Below, one piece after another: positions 1 through 13,320 of a stretch of 64,000 nt of DNA (its first letter is position 1; each line of letters opens with the position of its first letter). A program made the position numbers and the translations under genes. Origin of the DNA: Selaginella moellendorffii (taxonomy: Eukaryota > Plantae > Lycopodiophyta); assembly GCF_000143415.4 (NCBI RefSeq), contig NW_003314372.1, forward strand, positions 250,821-314,820, given 5' to 3'. The notes beneath the pieces were generated by a model, which saw only the letters and a list, made by a program, of their open reading frames with translations, had not been told where the DNA came from and searched no databases.

Positions 1-229
1 AGAAGCTTCAAAACATGAACTCGATGTCCAGGGGGCTCACTAGTGCTGTGCTGATTTTGGGATTGAACAAGAGATCCAGAAAACTAGCTCGGAGCTTCAG
101 TCTAGCAGCAGCATCCAAATTTGGATCATGTCATCACTCATATCAATCATCAGAAGCATCTAGTCAAGATCTACAATAACATGGGAAGGAATGGTTTTAT
201 AACTAAAGGCCATGGATCGATTGGGAGTG

Positions 230-900
230 TAATATTTTATGTATCAAAGTTGGTGGTATTATGAAAGAGATTGTCAAGATAAACAATGGTGATACTTTAT
301 TGATTAATACTTTGGAGTTTGTGAAGTGCACACATAAGATAGCTAGTTTTATCATGGTGTAATTGTTTATTTTTAATTGTTTGATTTAGAGTACATTTAT
401 GGGCATAAGGCTCTTGTGCACTACATTCAGAAAGAGTTCTATAACATATTTTCAAATGAGTTTTTTGATGGTTTGCCCTTGGAATGTGGATTCAGCATGA
501 GATTGCTAGAGCTACTCTTTATTGTCAGCAATTGATTCATACTAGTCCTATTGAAGGTGAGGAGATCAATAGATAAATTGTTAAATACCCTAAAAAAAGA
601 TGGTTGTAGATTGGGCTGCTCTAATGGTGATAGTTAAAGAAAAGTTATGTCAATTACAAGGGATTAAATAATTTTTAGTGATGTCATTTGGTTTGACAAA
701 TCCTTTTATCACTTCTCAAAGGTTCACAAATCAATTTTTAAAGCTTTACTTTGGTAAGCTTACTTTGATGATATCTTATTATTCAACTCTACAATGGAAA
801 AATATGAGATGATATTATAAGTGATTAGATTTTTAAATTCATGTCTAAATTTTGGCAAATGGTCTTTAAAAAGTTGAGTAAGAGTAGTGATAAGCATCCA
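230..900 (+). mobile_element. Heavily degenerate Ty3/Gypsy pol (RT) remnant
   Basis: ~680-810 reads as a decayed version of the Gypsy RT motif FGLTNAP.TFQR....YFDDIL (gtcatttggtttgacaaatcc...tactttgatgatatcttatt); many stops and frameshifts; boundaries approximate. Confidence 0.55.
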
Positions 901-1233
901 TAATCAGATGGGTAAACAAAGTATATAAATCACTGTTAAAATATATGTTAAGGTCTTTTATGGGAAAATTGACTTGGCAAGGAGTATAGGAGAAATACTT
1001 GCCTTTGCTTCAATTTGCTCATAATAACACTTATCAATTGGCTATTAGTATGTTTCCATTCATGGCAATATAAGGATATGAGCTCAAGTCTTTTAGGGAT
1101 TTGAGTTTGGCATTGCTTTATATTTGTGATTTCTTGAAGGATATGCAACATAAGCTTGAGTTGGCAAAGTTGAACATGAAACAAACTTAAGAACAAAATA
1201 AGAAATTGACTAATAAGCATAATTATCACTGAG

Positions 1234-2912
1234 TATCACAAATGTGACATTAAAAATCAAAAAATATTTGTCAACCAATCTTTATAGATCCTTTCTCTTT
1301 ACTATCATAATAGTAGAAGGTTGATATTATTGATTCCCTTTATAGTCTCCACACAAGCTAATTGAGAAACTAATTTAGATCGGAAGAAGTTAAGCATATT
1401 TGACATGGTAATGAGAAATTTATATTGTTGGCTTGCATTTGCTAATGTTGGGAACCCTTATAATATTGAGTTTAGTCCCTCAATATTGTTATGTGATAGT
1501 TTACCGTATCCATTAGATACCATCGCTATCATACCCCATATGTTAGTTCCATTCCAGATCTATGTACTATTTATGGTAAGTGTCTAAATAAGCTCAAAAG
1601 TCTATGGAATGTAAAAAGTGTTTTGAATTGTAGTGTTGTTTTTATGTCCTAATTCATGATCTAGTGCCATTCTATACTTAGTAATTTTTCACACTTGTCC
1701 CAAAGACTAACTTTTGGAATTGGGGTGAAAGCCCAAAGCCTACATTTCTTAAGGTGGGGAGGGGGGTGGGGGAAGAAGAGGGGGTGGGAGGGTCAACTGT
1801 GGGGGGTTTCAAATATATATTATGGATAGTGGTTAGATTGCATAGCCAATTATTTGAGATGTTAATTTAGCTTTCACTGGGCTAAGTGTCACGAATGTGA
1901 CTTTGGGTATCAAAAGTTACCTATCGACCAATCTTTACGAACACTCTTTTTTTATTGCCACGACTTGGGCATTTTGAGGGTACTTAGACCATACGAACAT
2001 AAGGGAGGAATTCCCATATACTATTAACTAAGCATATTTAGCCCAGTAAGGAGTTCCTGTTTCGTTATGTTTTGCACTGGCTAGTGACAAGAACCCTCAC
2101 ATATTGAGACTAATCTCTCAATATCGCTGGATGATAACTTACCGTATCTACCAAACACCTTCACTATCATGCCTTTTGTGTTAGTTTCATTCTAGTCTCA
2201 AATGCTATTTATGGAAAGTGTCTAAATTAATGATTTTGGCATATCTACGGAATGTAAAGATTGTTCTAATCATCCCGTATCCAAATTTGGAATCTAAGAA
2301 CATTCTATATTTAGTAATTTTGAGTTTGTCCCAGAGACTTAACTCCTAATACTAAGGGAGGTTTGGGGTGAAAGCCCAAAGCATGTGTTCCTCAAGGAGG
2401 GGGGTTCCAAATATATAGTAGGGATAGTGGGTAGGTCAGGCATAGCTGACCAACCTAAGGCATAGTCTAGCTCCTAGTTGAGTGCCTATCCTTATATTAC
2501 ATCTAACTTGGGTCTAAGCCCAAGTTCCACATTATGTTAGTTGGTGGAGTACTTATATCCTCACGTTAGGCCACTAGTATGCTAAAATAGCACCAGACTC
2601 TATTTAGCTCTATTTTGCATGCTAGTTTTAATATTGGGATGTTGGATGCTCTAAAACTGTTCCAAATTGCTCTACACTCTTGTTCCTTTGCTCCATAGGT
2701 TGTATGTTTGGGAGTTCTGTGCTTCAATGCCATTGCTCCTTGACTCCATGCTTGGGAGTTTGGCACTATTCCTTCATTTAGTGGCTCAAAGCCCTGAAAC
2801 TTGGGTTTTGCATCACTGTCCTTTGGACACGTGACATATAGAGGGTTTTTATGTCACTCTTTGTTTTATGTTCAACTTAGGTTTAAGCCCAAGCTCGATG
2901 CTATGCTAGTCT
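1234..2912 (+). mobile_element. Degenerate LTR family A copy (1234-1886, resuming ~2850-2912) interrupted by a second family A copy
   Basis: Starts tatcacaaatgtgac, homologous to the LTR starts at 1887, 15231 and 50939; sequence after ~2850 (ttaggtttaagcccaagctc) continues the consensus from where it broke off at 1886. Confidence 0.65.
1887..2836 (+). mobile_element. LTR family A copy (3'-truncated), nested in another family A LTR
   Basis: Begins TGTCACGAATGTGACTTTGGGTATC; colinear with 15231-16249 and 50939-52084. Confidence 0.75.
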
Positions 2913-4845
2913 TCTAGAAGTATTTTTAACTACTGTATAGTAGATATAAATATTTCATAAAGATGGATTTATAAAATAGTTTAACTTTCCTTATATTTTT
3001 TTAGCATCATTAAATTAATATTAAAACCTCCACTATAAAACTTTATAAATAACTTGTATTCTAAATATCTATTACTGCATGCTAGTTTGAGGATACTTCA
3101 AAGTTAGGTGTAGTGATATCAATAGAAATCAAAGTTTATTATGTGGAAGAAGAAGTACCTATGTTGCACTTAGAAAAATCTTTGACATGATTACTTGCTC
3201 ATTGCTCGGCTTGGTTACATACTTTGATCTCAAGTTTATATACCATTTGGGACTCCTCTATGAAATCTGGAGTTAATTAACTGAATGATAAATAAAGCAA
3301 TCAATGGGAGTGGATGTCAATCCTCATATAACTTTTCATTATTCCTCTAGTAAGATATACTATGAATAGAATTATAATGGACATAGACACTTACAAATGC
3401 TTGTCACTATTTCTTGGCTGCTAAGCTTTTTTCTAGCACTAGATTGACACCTCCGAAGTGTAACTGACTTGGCTAGGCAATTGAATAGATCCAAAGCAAA
3501 TATAGTGTTCTTTATGCAAAGAAGTAAGAGAGTATATAGTACAATTGAATACAAAAAGTTTTGCAAATGTTTAAGCTTAATGTCAACATAATATTTATCA
3601 TGACTTTTCTAATATCAAAATGATTAAACACTATAGTGCTCATTCCTCAAGTGGTTCTTTAGGAGTTCCATTCTTACTCTTGACTTTTTGAGTTGAAGTT
3701 TTTGATCCAAACTTGTTACACTCATTGGATTTTCACTTTAGCCATTACCATGTGGCACACTTTCGGCTCCATTGTGGAACTTAGGGATTTTTGTTTTACA
3801 CCTATATGTCATTACAATTTTAAAGGCAATAATTTATAGCTCACAAGGGATTTTATATTGCACTTAAGATAGGTGGATCTTTGAGTGTATGAAATGCTTT
3901 ATATTGCTTTTGTCTTTCTTTTTTGTTAGTTTTTACATGTTTGTCTTCACTCCTAAATAACACCTAGCTTAGCGACATCCATCTATGTATAACTATCAAC
4001 ATCTATTTCAAGATGTCCAATAATTCATTTGTGTCAAAATGTTTATCTCACCCCTATAATAGCTTTTACATTTATAGTCTTTGCCACCAACTTCTCCATT
4101 TAGACTATTAATAGATCACGTGCTTTCAGTTACTTATTTTCATATTTCTTTTTTTGCATCTTCATATGTAGTTTTATTGACATTCTGGTTTTATATTTAG
4201 TTTATTCTTGAGATAATGTAGCTTTTTTCAGTTGTGAAGATTAATATATAAAGATTGATAATTGCAGGAAATAACCTCTTTATGATATTATGCAAAACAT
4301 AGATATACTTACATATTAAAATTTGAATATCTTTACAATTGCATATACGCAATTCAATACCAATTATTGGTAGTTGTTAATTTTAGTTTGAAAATCATTT
4401 GAAGTGGATTTGTAGGTTCAATTGTTGTTAAGTCTTTATGCCACAATGCTACTATTGCCTTTACAATTTGCATTCTTCTTATATGTAATGATGCATTTCA
4501 AGCATATTCTTTAATTCTTACTTCTAATAGTACTCATAAAGTATTTCCCTCAAGTGGATGGCTTATAAAGACTTCCAACATGCCACTATTGCTTCCACTA
4601 CTCTCAGATAGATAAAAAATGTCCAATGTTTATGTTCTTCTGGTGGTAATACATGTCAAAGATAACTTTGTAATATATTATTATTCTACTAGACTAGAGA
4701 TAAAATTTAATATTAATACAAAAGATATTAAGTAACATAAATAGCTTAATATCATTAATGAGTACATACCTATAAATGGGAATTAAAGTTTTATCTTGTA
4801 GTAAATCAAGAATATGACTAAAGAGTTTTATCACACTCAAAAATA

Positions 4846-5146
4846 GGTAGCCACTAATCTTCTAAAGCATTCATAGAGTTACCAACAAGCATTCTTCTGG
4901 AACTAAAGAGTTTTATTTACACTCAAAAATTGGTAGCCACTAATCAATGGAAATGAAACTTATGCCATTTACTCCGATACCATATGTATTACACTTTATT
5001 TCTGTTCCTTTAAACTAACTTGAAAAAGGGCAATTGGTTGATGAAAGAAGCCTTAATAATTATTTTATCCCCATTTATCCTTTAAGGTTTTAAGGATTTA
5101 CAACGATAGTATATCTAAATCTCATTCCATGATTACATACACTATA
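4846..5146 (-). mobile_element. Old degenerate copy of the TRIM family (162-bp LTR 4985-5146, PBS 4971-4982, start of internal region)
   Basis: Reverse complement aligns to the LTR at 10173-10334; actccgatacca = PBS TGGTATCGGAGT; gtagccactaatc matches the internal region. Confidence 0.75.
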
Positions 5147-5759
5147 TTTATCCACCCTTAATGATGCTCTTCGACTAACACAATATTATGAGATATTGCC
5201 TTTTCCACTTCTCACTGCATGTCTTTCAGCTCTACTTTCTATAGGAAATGGTATTGTTCCGATAGAGGTTGATGTTGTTCTTGCTTGTGTTCAAGGACTG
5301 AGGTGAAGATGTGGTCGTGGTTATGATGTTCATTGCTAGGTATATGATGAAATTAGCTATATATATTAGCATTTTCCGAATTAGTATCCTTTATTTCTTG
5401 GGTGAAAGCTTTTGTGTCAACCACGTCCTATTGGCATTGCTATGATGGAAGGTCTAAACATTGAGATTATTTTGGGAAATGAGGAGTCATATAAGTAGTG
5501 AAGGGTCCTTATACAAATAAGTTAATGACCCCTCCATCCTTTTTTTAGAAGTATCATTAAAGGGTTCATTTAGCATTAGTTCATGTAATATTTACTTTCC
5601 AAGTTTATTTTCATAATAAGATGTCTCCAATTATTCTATTTGTGTTGGCTAATATAAACTTGAGTTTATCTTCTATTGCTGAACTTGTTGCTATATATTG
5701 TTGTCTATATTTTTTTTGTATAGTAGAGCTAATTTTTATTCTTTATAGCAATAGCTATA

Positions 5760-5856
5760 CAATGTTACGAACATAGTTACGAACACGAACACGGAACACG
5801 AACACGAGCCTCAGATTTCAGGAACCCGAACACGGAAAACGATCACGGCCCACGAT
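5760..5856. repeat. Probable hAT terminal inverted repeat and subterminal repeats
   Basis: CAATGTTACGAAC followed by clustered (C/G)GAACAC motifs, ~250 bp past the hAT transposase stop; partner end not found. Confidence 0.6.
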
Positions 5857-6009
5857 GGCTCACAAATATTCTACTGAATATTCTAAGAATATGTTATTTA
5901 AAAATTATATTCTATTTCTTATTATATTATTATAGGAATATGCTATATTTTATTATATTATTCTTAATATTTTTATTTGCACATAAACTACTTCACACTT
6001 TTAAACTAC

Positions 6010-7760
6010 TCAAATATCCTGCATCTCATCGTCATCTTCAACCTCATGATCTTCGACCTCACGATCTTTGACATCATCTCCATCTTCCTCTTCCTGTCCT
6101 GACTCAAGCTCGTCTTCAGGATGAGGAACTGTCTCCAGGACTTTGTAGCTTACAAACTTGTCGTAATCACGATCATTTTTGTAGGTTAACAACCTGGTGT
6201 TGCAAGCCACAAAAACCAGATCCGCTGTCCTGTCCATGGTAAGTCTGTTCCTCTTTTTTGAAGAAACATGCTGGAAAGTACTGAACAATCTCTCCACCGA
6301 GGACGACGAGCATGCCTGACTTAGAACTCGAATGGTCAACTTCTGAAGAGCTGGAGTTCATAACCATAGTCCTCCCACCAACGTACAGCTCCCCTCTTAG
6401 TGCGATCAGCCTTAGCATCATATGAGTTGAAAATGCCTCCTATCCTCCGGTAAGTTAAAAGCTCATCACGTATCACATCCCTCTCACTGGATGTAAACAT
6501 GGCCAGCAGATAAGCATTCCAGTCCTTCATGACCTCTCTGTTAGCATGCTTTTCATACTCCTGAAACTCGGGGTCCAACATGTACGCCACCGAGTGCATG
6601 AGCGAGTGATACTCATGCCACCTATTAGACATGATCTGATGAAGTTCCCTGTACCTGCCATAATCCGACTGTCCTTCCTCTAAACTTGCATCCAACCTGT
6701 TCATGCACTCATATATCTTTCCAATCGCAGGTATATCACAGTCCACAACACGAAGAAGCAGCATAACATCCTTGGACACCTCTAGCATGTCCTTAACCTG
6801 TTGCCAGAAACTGTCATCAAAAACCGTTGCATAACTGTCCCTTCCTGCTCTCGACTTCGACTCAGGCCTTGCTCTGTACGCAGGGCATACGAACATCTGT
6901 TGTAAAGCTTCTCGGAGCTCCACCAGCCTCTCCATCATAATGAAGTTGTAGCCGAACCTGGTATCACAATAACGCAGTAATCGCTTGTGAGTAAACACCG
7001 CCAACAGTGCCACTATATGAGAGTGGTTTCTAACGAAGATCACCAAAGACTTTCCACGCTCCAGAAGTGTTGCCATCCATGGAAGTACACCGAAGTCTTT
7101 CAAGGCATTGTTCAAGCAATGGGCAAAACATGCTGCCCATTGAATTTTTGGGTACCTCTGTTGCAAAAGTGCTGCTGCTGCTCTGTTTGCATTTTCCCCA
7201 TCGGTTACAACCATGACAACGTTCTCTGCACCTACAATGTTAATGCCTTCTTCCCAGCAGCGCAGAGTATTTTCAGCTGTTTTTCCTGTTAAGGAAATGT
7301 CGATAGCCTTCAAAAAAGCTCCTCGTCCTTGACTATATGCCACAAGCCCCATGATATGCCGATTCCTCCTATCTGCCCACCCATCTGCGCATATGGTTGC
7401 ACCCCTCTGCTCCCACTGCTTCCTCAAGGACGCCATCTCAATGTCAATGAATCGTTTCTCTTTCACCAAAAGCTTATCCCGGAGATCATCATATTTTGGT
7501 GGTGCATAAGGCACACCATGCCTGGCAACTTCCTGTATCATGTTGAGGAAGTAAGGTGACCAAGCCTTGACAAATGGAATGTGTTCATTCCAGAAAAATC
7601 TTTCGATAGCCACATCAACTCGGTTCTTCCGCTCAGGATCCATCGAATCAACAATATGGACTTGACTCTGTTTGCTAAAAAACAGGGAACTGCAGCCACT
7701 TCCACTTGACTGGGATGATACCACCGGTGGAAATCCTTGGACATTGCCATCCATTCTCAT
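6010..7760 (-). pseudogene. hAT transposase (DUF659 + hAT dimerisation domain), 5'-truncated, one frameshift
   Basis: ORF 6336-7760 has ICADGW, VVTDGE, CFAHCLN, TRF, AYMLDP and WW motifs; ORF 6010-6339 has IRVLSQACSSSSVERLFSTF...KRNRL; adding one base near 6354 joins them as ELPALQKLTIRV; no BED finger. Confidence 0.9.
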
Positions 7761-7771
7761 AGAAGCACCAC

Positions 7772-8140
7772 CAGACTCCGTCTCGGTTCACCTCGGACTC
7801 CACTTCGGGTCCATCTCGGACTCCATATCGGACTCCATCTCAAACCACACTTCGGGTCCATCTCGGACTCCATATCGGACTCCATCTCGGACTCCGTCTC
7901 GGTCCTACTCGGACTCCATCTAGGGTCCGCCTCGGACTCCATCTCAGACACTTCCATGTGTCATGTATTGGTCCTTTTTGGGTCCCTTTCTGAAGCCTTG
8001 CTTATTGCTCGCTTCGTGCTCGCTCCTTGAGCACTTTGTTGGGAGTTCCACTCCCGCTCTCGACCTTCCAAGTTAGAGCTTTTAGTCTAAACGTGTTACA
8101 CTCGTTTGGGCTTACGTGTTACACTCGTTCTGGTCTCACA
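7772..8140 (-). mobile_element. Truncated LTR family B copy abutting the hAT ORF
   Basis: Near-identical to ~9755-10095; begins TGTGAGAC on the minus strand at 8140. Confidence 0.8.
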
Positions 8141-8518
8141 TTCATGAGCACCAACCTCAACTATATGAGGGTAATCTTGTGACTCCTTTATTGCTTTGGA
8201 GTCTTTATCTTTCCCGTGATCCCAACTATAGTTGTTTATCACAACTATGTTAGCCCATTTGTTGCGTCAAACACTCATTCGGATCACATCCTCAGCTCTC
8301 TGAGGAAACCTTATACTGTTCCCAAGATCCCAAAGTCGTTCCATTATTGGCCCTTTTCTATCCACCACATTGTGCTGAAGTTCACGTATGAACTTGAGTG
8401 GAGAGCCATGTCCTCTCGACATGCTACTCCTTAAGGATAAGCCCACTCCTAGGACCTTTCGATGCCAACATCAATGGTGATATACTTGAGCACCAATAAA
8501 AGTCGGACTAAGGAACAA

Positions 8519-10164
8519 CTCCGATACCAAGTTGTATGCGACTAATTTTTCCATTCTACTTTAGTCACTTAACCACACCTTCGACCACTTGGAGGAGTCT
8601 CACTCACAACCTCCTTAAGTCCAATTCAGGACTTGGGACTTGCTAGCCCCGAGAATGGCATCCATGCCACTCATCCCTTGCACTTAGTCCAGGTGCTCCA
8701 CGTGTCCGGTCCCAAGATCGACACCCCAAGGTACCACCGACCTACTAGCCCGTTACGCTAAGGCCATGCCCCTTTACCTTGGTCATACCGGTGGTCTAAC
8801 ACCACCTGCATCACAATCCCGTCTCTCAAGGACTGGACCATCCGTGGGCCATGAGTGATCATTCTAGATCCACTCCTTAGCATCCTTAGGATGCCCACAG
8901 ACGTGGGGAATAACCTTCCCCAATATCTCTTTTCTGGTCCCCACCAAGTCCCTTTCTGCCCATGGCCGTGTTCACCAACACTACCACTGGATCGAGGCCC
9001 ACAGGCCCGACCACTAAGTCCCACGGTCCTCTGGGACTTCCTCACCACATGACTGTGTCCTTGGTCACTACCCCAGAGGACTGCTCCTCTTCCTTTCCAC
9101 AGTCTGGGCCTTTGGGACAACATTTCGGAACACTGTGGCCTTACGCGAGCCACCTGGGTACTCTCCCCACCTTCCGCCTTTGGGTGCTCTAGCCATGGGC
9201 TTAGAGCGAAGTTCCGTTGAGCCACGCCTGGTATCCAAGTAGGTAGTGCCACCCACACTTGGACTAGGAGCATCGGCCAGTCGATCTCCCAGGGGAACTA
9301 GAGCCGGCTCTTGAACACTTCACCAAGCTACCCCGCTTGTCGGTCCGTATTCACTCTAGTCTTGGACTTCCCAGTGGTCAGTTCATCACCCAACACTGGG
9401 TCTGACCTTCCTGGGCCAAACTGGCCTTTCCTGGCCAAACTGGCTCCACTGCAGTCCTCCCCCTTACTATACTTTTGGAGCTCACCAAACCCCCCAGGGT
9501 CTGGGAGACGAACGCTTTGGGCTTTCACCCTCTCAGACTCGAACTCGGACTCGGACTCAGACTCGGATTCGGACTCGGATTCGGACTCGGACTTGGACTC
9601 GGACTCGGACTCGGGCTCGGGCTCGGTCTCAGCCTTGGCCTCGGTCTTGGTCTCGGTCCTGGTCCCGGTCTCGGTCTCGGTCCCGGTCTTGACCTCGGAC
9701 TCCATCTCGGGTCCTTCTCGGACTCCATCTCGGACTCCGTCTCGGTCCATCTCGGACTCCGTCTCGGTTCACCTCGGACTCCACTTCGGGTCCATCTCGG
9801 ACTCCATATCGGACTCCATCTCGAACTCCACTTCGGGTCCATCTCGGACTCCATATCGGACTCCATCTCGGACTCTGTCTCGGTCCATCTCGGACTCCAT
9901 CTAGGGTCCGCCTCGGACTCCATCTCGGACACTTCCACGTGTCATGTGTTGGTCCTTTTTGGGTCCCTTTTTGGAGCCTTGCTTATTGCTCGCTTCGTGC
10001 TCGCTCCTTGAGCACTTTGTTGGGAGTTCCACTCCCGCTCTCAACCTTCCAAGTCACAGCTTTTAGTCCAAACGTGTTACACTCGTTTGGGCTTTCGCTT
10101 CGGCCACTACCACGTGGCACCCTTTCTGGCTCCACTTTGGAGCCTAGCGATTTTGTGTCTCACA
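8519..10164 (-). mobile_element. LTR family B 5' LTR (10164-8533) plus tRNA-iMet PBS (8529-8519)
   Basis: Minus strand TGTGAGACA...GCATACA, 3-nt spacer, then TGGTATCGGAG; internal (GAGTCC)n / GAGTCCGAGATG repeat array. Confidence 0.85.
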
Positions 10165-10172
10165 AGTCAGTC

Positions 10173-10846
10173 TGTAGCGCATGTGATCATGGGATGAGAT
10201 TTGGATATACTGTCATCGTGGATCCTTGGAACCTTGGGAGATAAATGGGGATAAAATAGCCACTAAGGGCTCTCTCATCAAGCAATTGCCCCTTTTCCAG
10301 TTGGCTTAATGGGAGAGAGATAAGGTGCACTACAGTTGGTATCGGAGCAAATGGCACAGGTTCGAATCCTATTGATTAGTGGCTACTTAAAAGTATAATA
10401 TACCCTTGAACAAGGTATATTCCTACCCCTAAATTTGAAATCATACATATTGGGCATCCATGCGTACGTCCTTCCTCTTCTGTGGAGTATCCACGGACGA
10501 AGGTATCCACCGTGGGACTGCGGTACGGGTGGATGACTAGTTGCCTCACATGGAATAGCTGGTCTACACAATGGAAGGATTGGTAGATTGAGTGCGGAAA
10601 TGGAGGTGCTGGTTCCCCTTGGCTCAGTAGGGGTTGTTAGTCAATAGTCAATGAGGACATTGACATCTCTGAAGGGGGGGTGAGTGTAGCGCATGTGATC
10701 ATGGGATGAGATTTGGATATACTGTCACCGTGGATCCTTGGAACCTTGGGAGATAAATGGGGATAAAATAGCCACTAAGGGCTCTCTCATCAAGCAATTG
10801 CCCCTTTTCCAGTTGGCTTAAGGGGAGAGAGATAAGGTGCGCTACA
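10173..10846 (+). mobile_element. Intact TRIM (non-autonomous LTR retrotransposon in miniature)
   Basis: Two near-identical 162-bp LTRs (10173-10334, 10685-10846; TGTAG...CTACA), PBS TGGTATCGGAGC 10337-10348, PPT GAAGGGGGGGTGAG 10671-10684, 5-bp TSD CAGTC (10168-10172 / 10847-10851). Confidence 0.95.
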
Positions 10847-13320
10847 CAGTCCTTCTACAAAGAGCCACCGTGGGTCCTCCTCCCACAGTTTGGCTGTATT
10901 GTGTTTGGGGTGTATCACTAGGAGGCTCTACTGGAACATGAGTTGCCATGGCTGTCTCCCCGGTTGTAGGCCCATGAGAAAAATCTTGTACCTTAATGCC
11001 TTTACCATATTGCTGGGGTTGATGATCCCCAGCCCCCCTAGGATGCGTAGCCTCACTGTAGACTCCCACACCATCTTGGCCATGGTCCGCTTTGTAGCCA
11101 ATGCTCCACGCCATACATAGGTTTTCACCATCTGTCTCACCTTCTACAATGTAGTCTCCAACATTGGTATTAAATTTTCCATTCTACTTTAGTCATTTAA
11201 CCACACCTTCAATCATTTGGAGGAGTCTCACTCACAACCTTCGTAAGTCCTATTCTGGACTTAGAGACTTGCTAACCCCAAAAATGGCATCCAGACCACT
11301 CAACCATTGCACTTGGTCCTAGTGCTCCACGTGTCCAATCCCAAGATTGACACCCCAAGGTACCACAGGCATACTAGCCTGTTACGCTAATGCCATGCCC
11401 ATTCACCTTGGTACCACTTGTGGTCCAGCACCACCTGCATCGCAGTCCCGTCTCTCCAAAATTGGGCCATCCGTCCAAGAGTGACCATCCAAGATCCACT
11501 TCTTAGCATCCTTAAAATTCCCGCCGACAGGGGGAACTGCCTTCCCCAATATCGCTTTTACAGTCCCCACCAAATCCCTTTTCTGTCCATGGCCGAGTTT
11601 GCCTACTCTGCCACTGGGACAAGGCCCACTGGCCCAACCACTAAGTCACATTGTCCTTTGGGACTTTCTCACCACATGACCATATCCTTGGTCGCCACAC
11701 TAGAGGACTGCTCCTCTTCCATTCTACAGTCTAGGACTTTGGGACAACATTTCAGAACACCGTGCAAGCCTCATGGGTACTCTCTCTGCTTTCCGCCTTT
11801 GGGTGCTCTAGCCATGGTGCTAGAGCAAGGTTCTGTTGAGCCACGCCAAGTATCCAAGTATCGGACTCGGACTCAGACTCGGACTTGGGCTCGGGCTCGG
11901 TCTCGGCCTCGGCCTCGGTCTCGGTCTCGGTTTTGGTCCCGGTCTTGGTCTCGGTCTCGACTTCAGACTCCATCTTGGGTCCTTCTCAGACTCCATCTTG
12001 GGTCCATCACGAACTCCATCTCAGACTCCATCTCGGGTCCATCTCGAACTCCATCTTGAACTCCATCTCAGACTCCATCTCGGGTCCTTCTTGGACTCCA
12101 TCTCGGTCCATCTCGGACTCCATCTCGAACTCTATCTCGGGTCAATCTCAGACTCCATCTCGGACTCCATCTTGGGTCCATCTTAGACTCCATCTCGAAC
12201 TCCTCCATGTGTCATGTGTTGGTCCTCTTGTGTCCCTTTTCTAGAGACTCACTTATTGCTCGCTTTGTGCTTGTTCCTTGAGCATTTCATTGGGAGTTCC
12301 ATTCCTGCTCTCGACCTTTCAAGTCAGAGCTTTTAGTCCAAATGTGTTACGCTTGTTTGGCATTTGCTTCGGCCACTACCACGTGGCACCCTTTCGGCTC
12401 CACTTTGGGGCTTAGGGATTTGTGTCTCACAACTGGCCAGATTGAGAGGTGGTACCAGATGCTAGGGAGGATCATGCTCTTGACTATTATGATCCGCACT
12501 AGGAGCCCAAGTTTCCTTGGGGTCCATTTCTGAACTGCAGTCCAGATCCTCTTGAGAAGTGTGTCGTCGTGTGTGCCTACATTGTATTGGACCCCAACTT
12601 GGATGCTGAGGTACCAGGTGTCTTCACCTGGGCCAAGCCACTGAAAGCCTATCTCCAGCCCCCAGGCCTCGATGCCTAGCTTTCCCCAGTTCACTCCTAC
12701 TGACTTGTTCTAGTTGATGGTTGCTCCTGCTGCCATGTTGAAATTCTCCTGCTTGGGTTTTGCTGTGTTGAGGTTCCCTGGGGTGGCAAGCAGGAAAAGT
12801 GTGGTGACATTCGTGAATGCCCCATCTTGCAGCTCTTGTGTCAAGACTTGTGTTCTCGGGAGTTATAGCCGTTCAGTGGGCAGCACCAAGCCTTTTGTAT
12901 CCCCTCCTTGCACTAGGAAAGAGCCCAGCATCTCTGCCACTATTAGAAATAGGTAGGGAGTGAGTGGACAACCTTACCTCATTGAGCATCCCAAATGGAA
13001 GGTCAGGCCTATCTCTCCATTTAGTGTGACCCGGCTTGATGCTCCCTTGTATAGAAGTGAGATGCGCGATACAATTTTTGCCTGGATCCCTATCCTCTAC
13101 ATGCAATCCTCCATGAAGTCCCAATCATCTCAATCGTAGGCTTTCTCAAAGTCTAGTAGCCACACCACAATCTGTTGGTTTGAAGCGTTTGCCCACCATT
13201 GTGCAAGGAGGTACATCTAGATGGTTTTTGCGATTTGTTGTCCCAGCACGAAGCCTGTCTATTGTTCTCTGATGATGAGGGGCATGACTAGTTGTAGCTT
13301 GAGTGCCATCGCTGCAAACA
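10847..13320 (-). mobile_element. L1/Tx1-type LINE reverse transcriptase segment (pseudogene), split by a solo LTR at 11168-12431
   Basis: Minus-strand motifs LQLVMPLIIREQ*TGFV, LLDFEKAYD, GCPLTPYLFLIVAE, YLSIQVG, SMILPSIWY, GGLGIINP. Confidence 0.9.
11168..12431 (-). mobile_element. Solo LTR, family B
   Basis: Colinear with 8533-10164 (with internal deletion); imperfect TSD attgg/actgg; LINE frame resumes across it (SIWPV | LETTL). Confidence 0.85.

Noticed and set aside
10335-10375. Possible tRNA gene (GGTTCGAATCC)
   Set aside because: No acceptor or anticodon stems; it lies in a TRIM at the PBS, so it is reported only as a Pol III-like box
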